Shown here piece by piece: positions 61,322 to 64,000 of a stretch of DNA of 64,000 nt; positions within the stretch are counted from its first letter, which is position 1, and each line of letters begins with the position of its first letter. The notes under the pieces are model-generated. The model ran no database searches. It had not been told where the DNA came from and saw only the letters and a program-made list of their open reading frames with translations. The DNA lies in contig CM052818.1 of NCBI GenBank assembly GCA_028534125.1, forward strand, positions 45,200,001 through 45,264,000. The letters run 5' to 3'. The translations under genes and the position numbers were made by a program. Origin of the DNA: Lama glama. Taxonomy: Eukaryota.

Positions 61322-61635
61322 CCAGTGCTGTCCCGTGGAAACATAATCAAGCCACACATGTCAGTTAAACATTTCTAGTAGCCACGCTTAAAAAAGTAAA
61401 AACAACTAAATTAATTTTAATAATAAATTTTATGTTACCCAGTATCCAAAATATTATTATTTTAACAGGTGACCAACATTAAAAATGTACGGAGATATTT
61501 TACGTTCTCTCTTTTGTACTAAGGCATCGAAATCTGATGGGTGTTACATACTTCCCACATCTCAGTTCAAACCAGCCACATTTCAAGTGCTCAGAAGTCC
61601 CATGTGGTTAATTGATGTCATTTTAAACAGTGTAG
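61322..61635 (+). mobile_element. MER33-like hAT-Charlie element
   Basis: cagtgctgtcc...tttctagtagccac...agccacatttcaagtgctca...acagtgtag; homologous to 3030-3540. Confidence 0.75.
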
Positions 61636-64000
61636 AGAGAATCAAGACAGAAGGAACGCTTCCAAATTCTTCTTACAAAGCCATCACCTTTCTTACACTA
61701 ACACAGCTTTCTAATTCTGTGCAGTCACACAATAGACCAATCTTGATATTGTGGTTAAGAATGAGGACTCTGGAGCCAGACTCTCTAATCTTAGCTAACC
61801 TTCATCAGTCACTGCACATCTCAGGGCTGTCACAGAGTAGGCATTCAATAAATGTTAGCTATCATTATGTGATAATAATGGTATGATGTTAGTATTATTA
61901 CTATTCATGCAAACTGATGCAAAATCTTACAATGTTAGCAAATGGAGTTCAACATTCCAGGCAGGGTTTCTCCTTAGAATGCAAGGATGATTCAATAATT
62001 ATGATATCTATTAATAAATATACCATATTAATATCAAAGAAAGAAACAACCAACTTGTTACATGCCACAAAATGAATTTGAAAAAGATTACGGTACTTAT
62101 TCCTGATAAACTTTTAGTAAAACAGAAACAGATACTTCCTTAGCATGATAATATATTTCAAAACAAGAGCTCAATAATATTTAATGGTAAAACACTAAAA
62201 TTATCCAAATTAAAGGCAGAAACAAGAATAAGATATCCACTACCATCACTGACAAATTAAACATTTTTCTGGAATACTAGCCTCTGCAATTAAGCAAGAG
62301 AAAGAAATGAGAGAACGGGGGGAAAATTATCATTTACAGACAATATGATCACATGGCTAAAAACCTTACAGATTAAACTGAAAAATCATTAGAAACAATA
62401 AGGAATTTCACAAGTTAGCAGGTCATGGAGTCAATGCATGAAAATCTCCATTTACAAACAATAACTATTTAGAGAAAAAAATCTCATTTACAATAGCAAC
62501 AAATAAAAACTGTAACACTTGGGGAAAAAATAAGATATTATGCAGGACCTTTTGAATTAAACATTAAAGCTTTTCCAGGGGAACAAAGAAAAAGAATTAA
62601 GTCAATTGAAAGATGAACTCTGCTCATGGAAACACTGAATTTTTTAAGAACGTTAATCTCCACTAATTTTAGTGTAACCCCAAGTGAATTATCAATAGCA
62701 TATTTGCAAATCTGTTTGTACTCAATAGATTTATCAATATTGGGGCTGGATCATGAATGTAAGAGTGTGTATGTGTGTGTGTTTATTTTTCATTTTGTTT
62801 TGTTTCACCAGGGAAGAAACCACAGAAAACTCTAATACTGGTTACCTATGGGGAGAGCAACTGGGGTGAAGGTGGAACTTTCAATTTTTTTTGGTATGTT
62901 TTTATACTATTTGATTTTTTTTAAATGTGTAAATATATTACTTTTTTAAAATGTTGACAATAGTGATCTGAACAATGAATAAGGCATAAGTAAGACATAT
63001 TTAAATGTCTGTATTAAAAAATACTATTAAACATCATAAAAAATACCTGGGTGGTGGTGGAGCTGGGATGGTGGGAAGAGGAAAGGGCCCTTTTCTGGTC
63101 AGTTCATATAAAGCCCAGGACCCCAAGTCCTGTTGGGGCTGGTGGGAACCCCTTGGAGGCAGGGTGGGCACAGACAGAGCATTAATGGGTGACTTGGCGA
63201 ATCTGGATCAAGGGTCTGTTTCCCCTCCGCTACCCTCAGCCCACCAAGCTCTTTCTAGGGGCTTCTGTCTGGGCATGTTTCTTCACCTGGAACATGAAGG
63301 AGTTAGGTTAGATCTCTAAGGTCCTGTTCAGCTCGAAAGTTCCAGGATGCTTTCTTCCCTTCATTCATTTAGCTGGTCTTCTGGAGCTGACAGTCTAGCT
63401 GGGCAGGCAGTCATCAGATGATGCCACAAGAAAAGCACAAGGCCACCATGGAGGGCGCCATGAAGGTGGGGGGTGCATTTGGTTTTAGGAGAAGAGGGCC
63501 AGTCGTCAGATCTGAAGGCAGGGAGGTGTGAGGAGAGTCTGGGGAAGCTGAACCGGATGATCAGGCGATAACAGGGGAGAGTAGGGTTTGGGGAAGCCTT
63601 GAAACAGTCATTTCAGAGAGCAGGAGGTCAGAGAACACACACAGTAGGCCTACTAAGTAGCTCAGAGGAGTCTAGAAAGCTCACAGCATAAGCAAGCATT
63701 CAATTGATATTTGTACAAGGCTCCAAGCTGTGTCATACAGACAATCTCAACCTGATAGCCTTGCAGTCACAGAGAAAAGAAGCTTAGATAATTTTTAAAT
63801 ATTATAATTTGCATCTCTTTAGCATGCCCTCAGAAGAACCAACTCCCTAAGATCTGCATCACTAAGCACACATTCACACTCAGACGTGCAACCTTTGATC
63901 AGCCAACCCTCAGTCAACTTCACAGAGCCCCGTGGATGAAGAAAAGCCACCAGTTATTCCACAAGTCAGGTGATGCACTCTGGGGCAGGGGACAGTCACC

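Larger units (their letters stand above)
60080..62720 (+). mobile_element. Old degraded L1M ORF2 region with nested MER5-like, MER33 and MIR/L2 insertions
   Basis: A-rich sequence with ORF2 motifs (gaaggaacgcttccaaattc; gaatgcaaggatgattcaat; atcatttacagacaatatgat), broken at about 61020-61635 and 61750-61900. Confidence 0.65.

Noticed and set aside
45995..64000. Search for ATP6V1C2 exons 1-3 or a nested gene
   Set aside because: No match to the subunit C N-terminus and no consistent exon chain; the region is mostly repeats.

Overview
Mammalian genomic DNA, probably camelid. That assignment is an inference: the window has tRNA-Ala-derived SINEs, and I saw no Alu, B1/B2 or Bov-A type elements. 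Two convergent protein-coding genes fill it. PDIA6 (+ strand) is present as coding exons 2-13 (4872-20015, 1304 nt, two WCGHC thioredoxin sites, C-terminal KDEL); exon 1 lies just upstream and the window opens in its CpG island. ATP6V1C2 (- strand) is present as coding exons 4-14 (45994-21065, 1087 nt), including the 138-nt cassette exon; exons 1-3 lie beyond 64000. All 23 exons have AG acceptors and all 21 internal ones GT donors, and the phases join without frameshift. The rest is intronic and rich in MIR, L2, old and young L1, hAT/Tigger DNA transposons, LTR fragments and SINEs. I found no previously undescribed gene system, CRISPR array or RNA gene, and nearly all ORFs in the supplied track are spurious. 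The best second-look items are: (1) opposite-strand AATAAA signals 13 nt apart that would make the two genes' 3' ends overlap; (2) a TSD-bounded chimeric retro-insertion at 31.5-32.0 kb; (3) three young L1 3' fragments, each with a different extra tail that looks like a short 3' transduction; (4) a possible in-frame internal donor in the ATP6V1C2 cassette exon. Repeat family names come from recalled consensus sequences and their boundaries are approximate.
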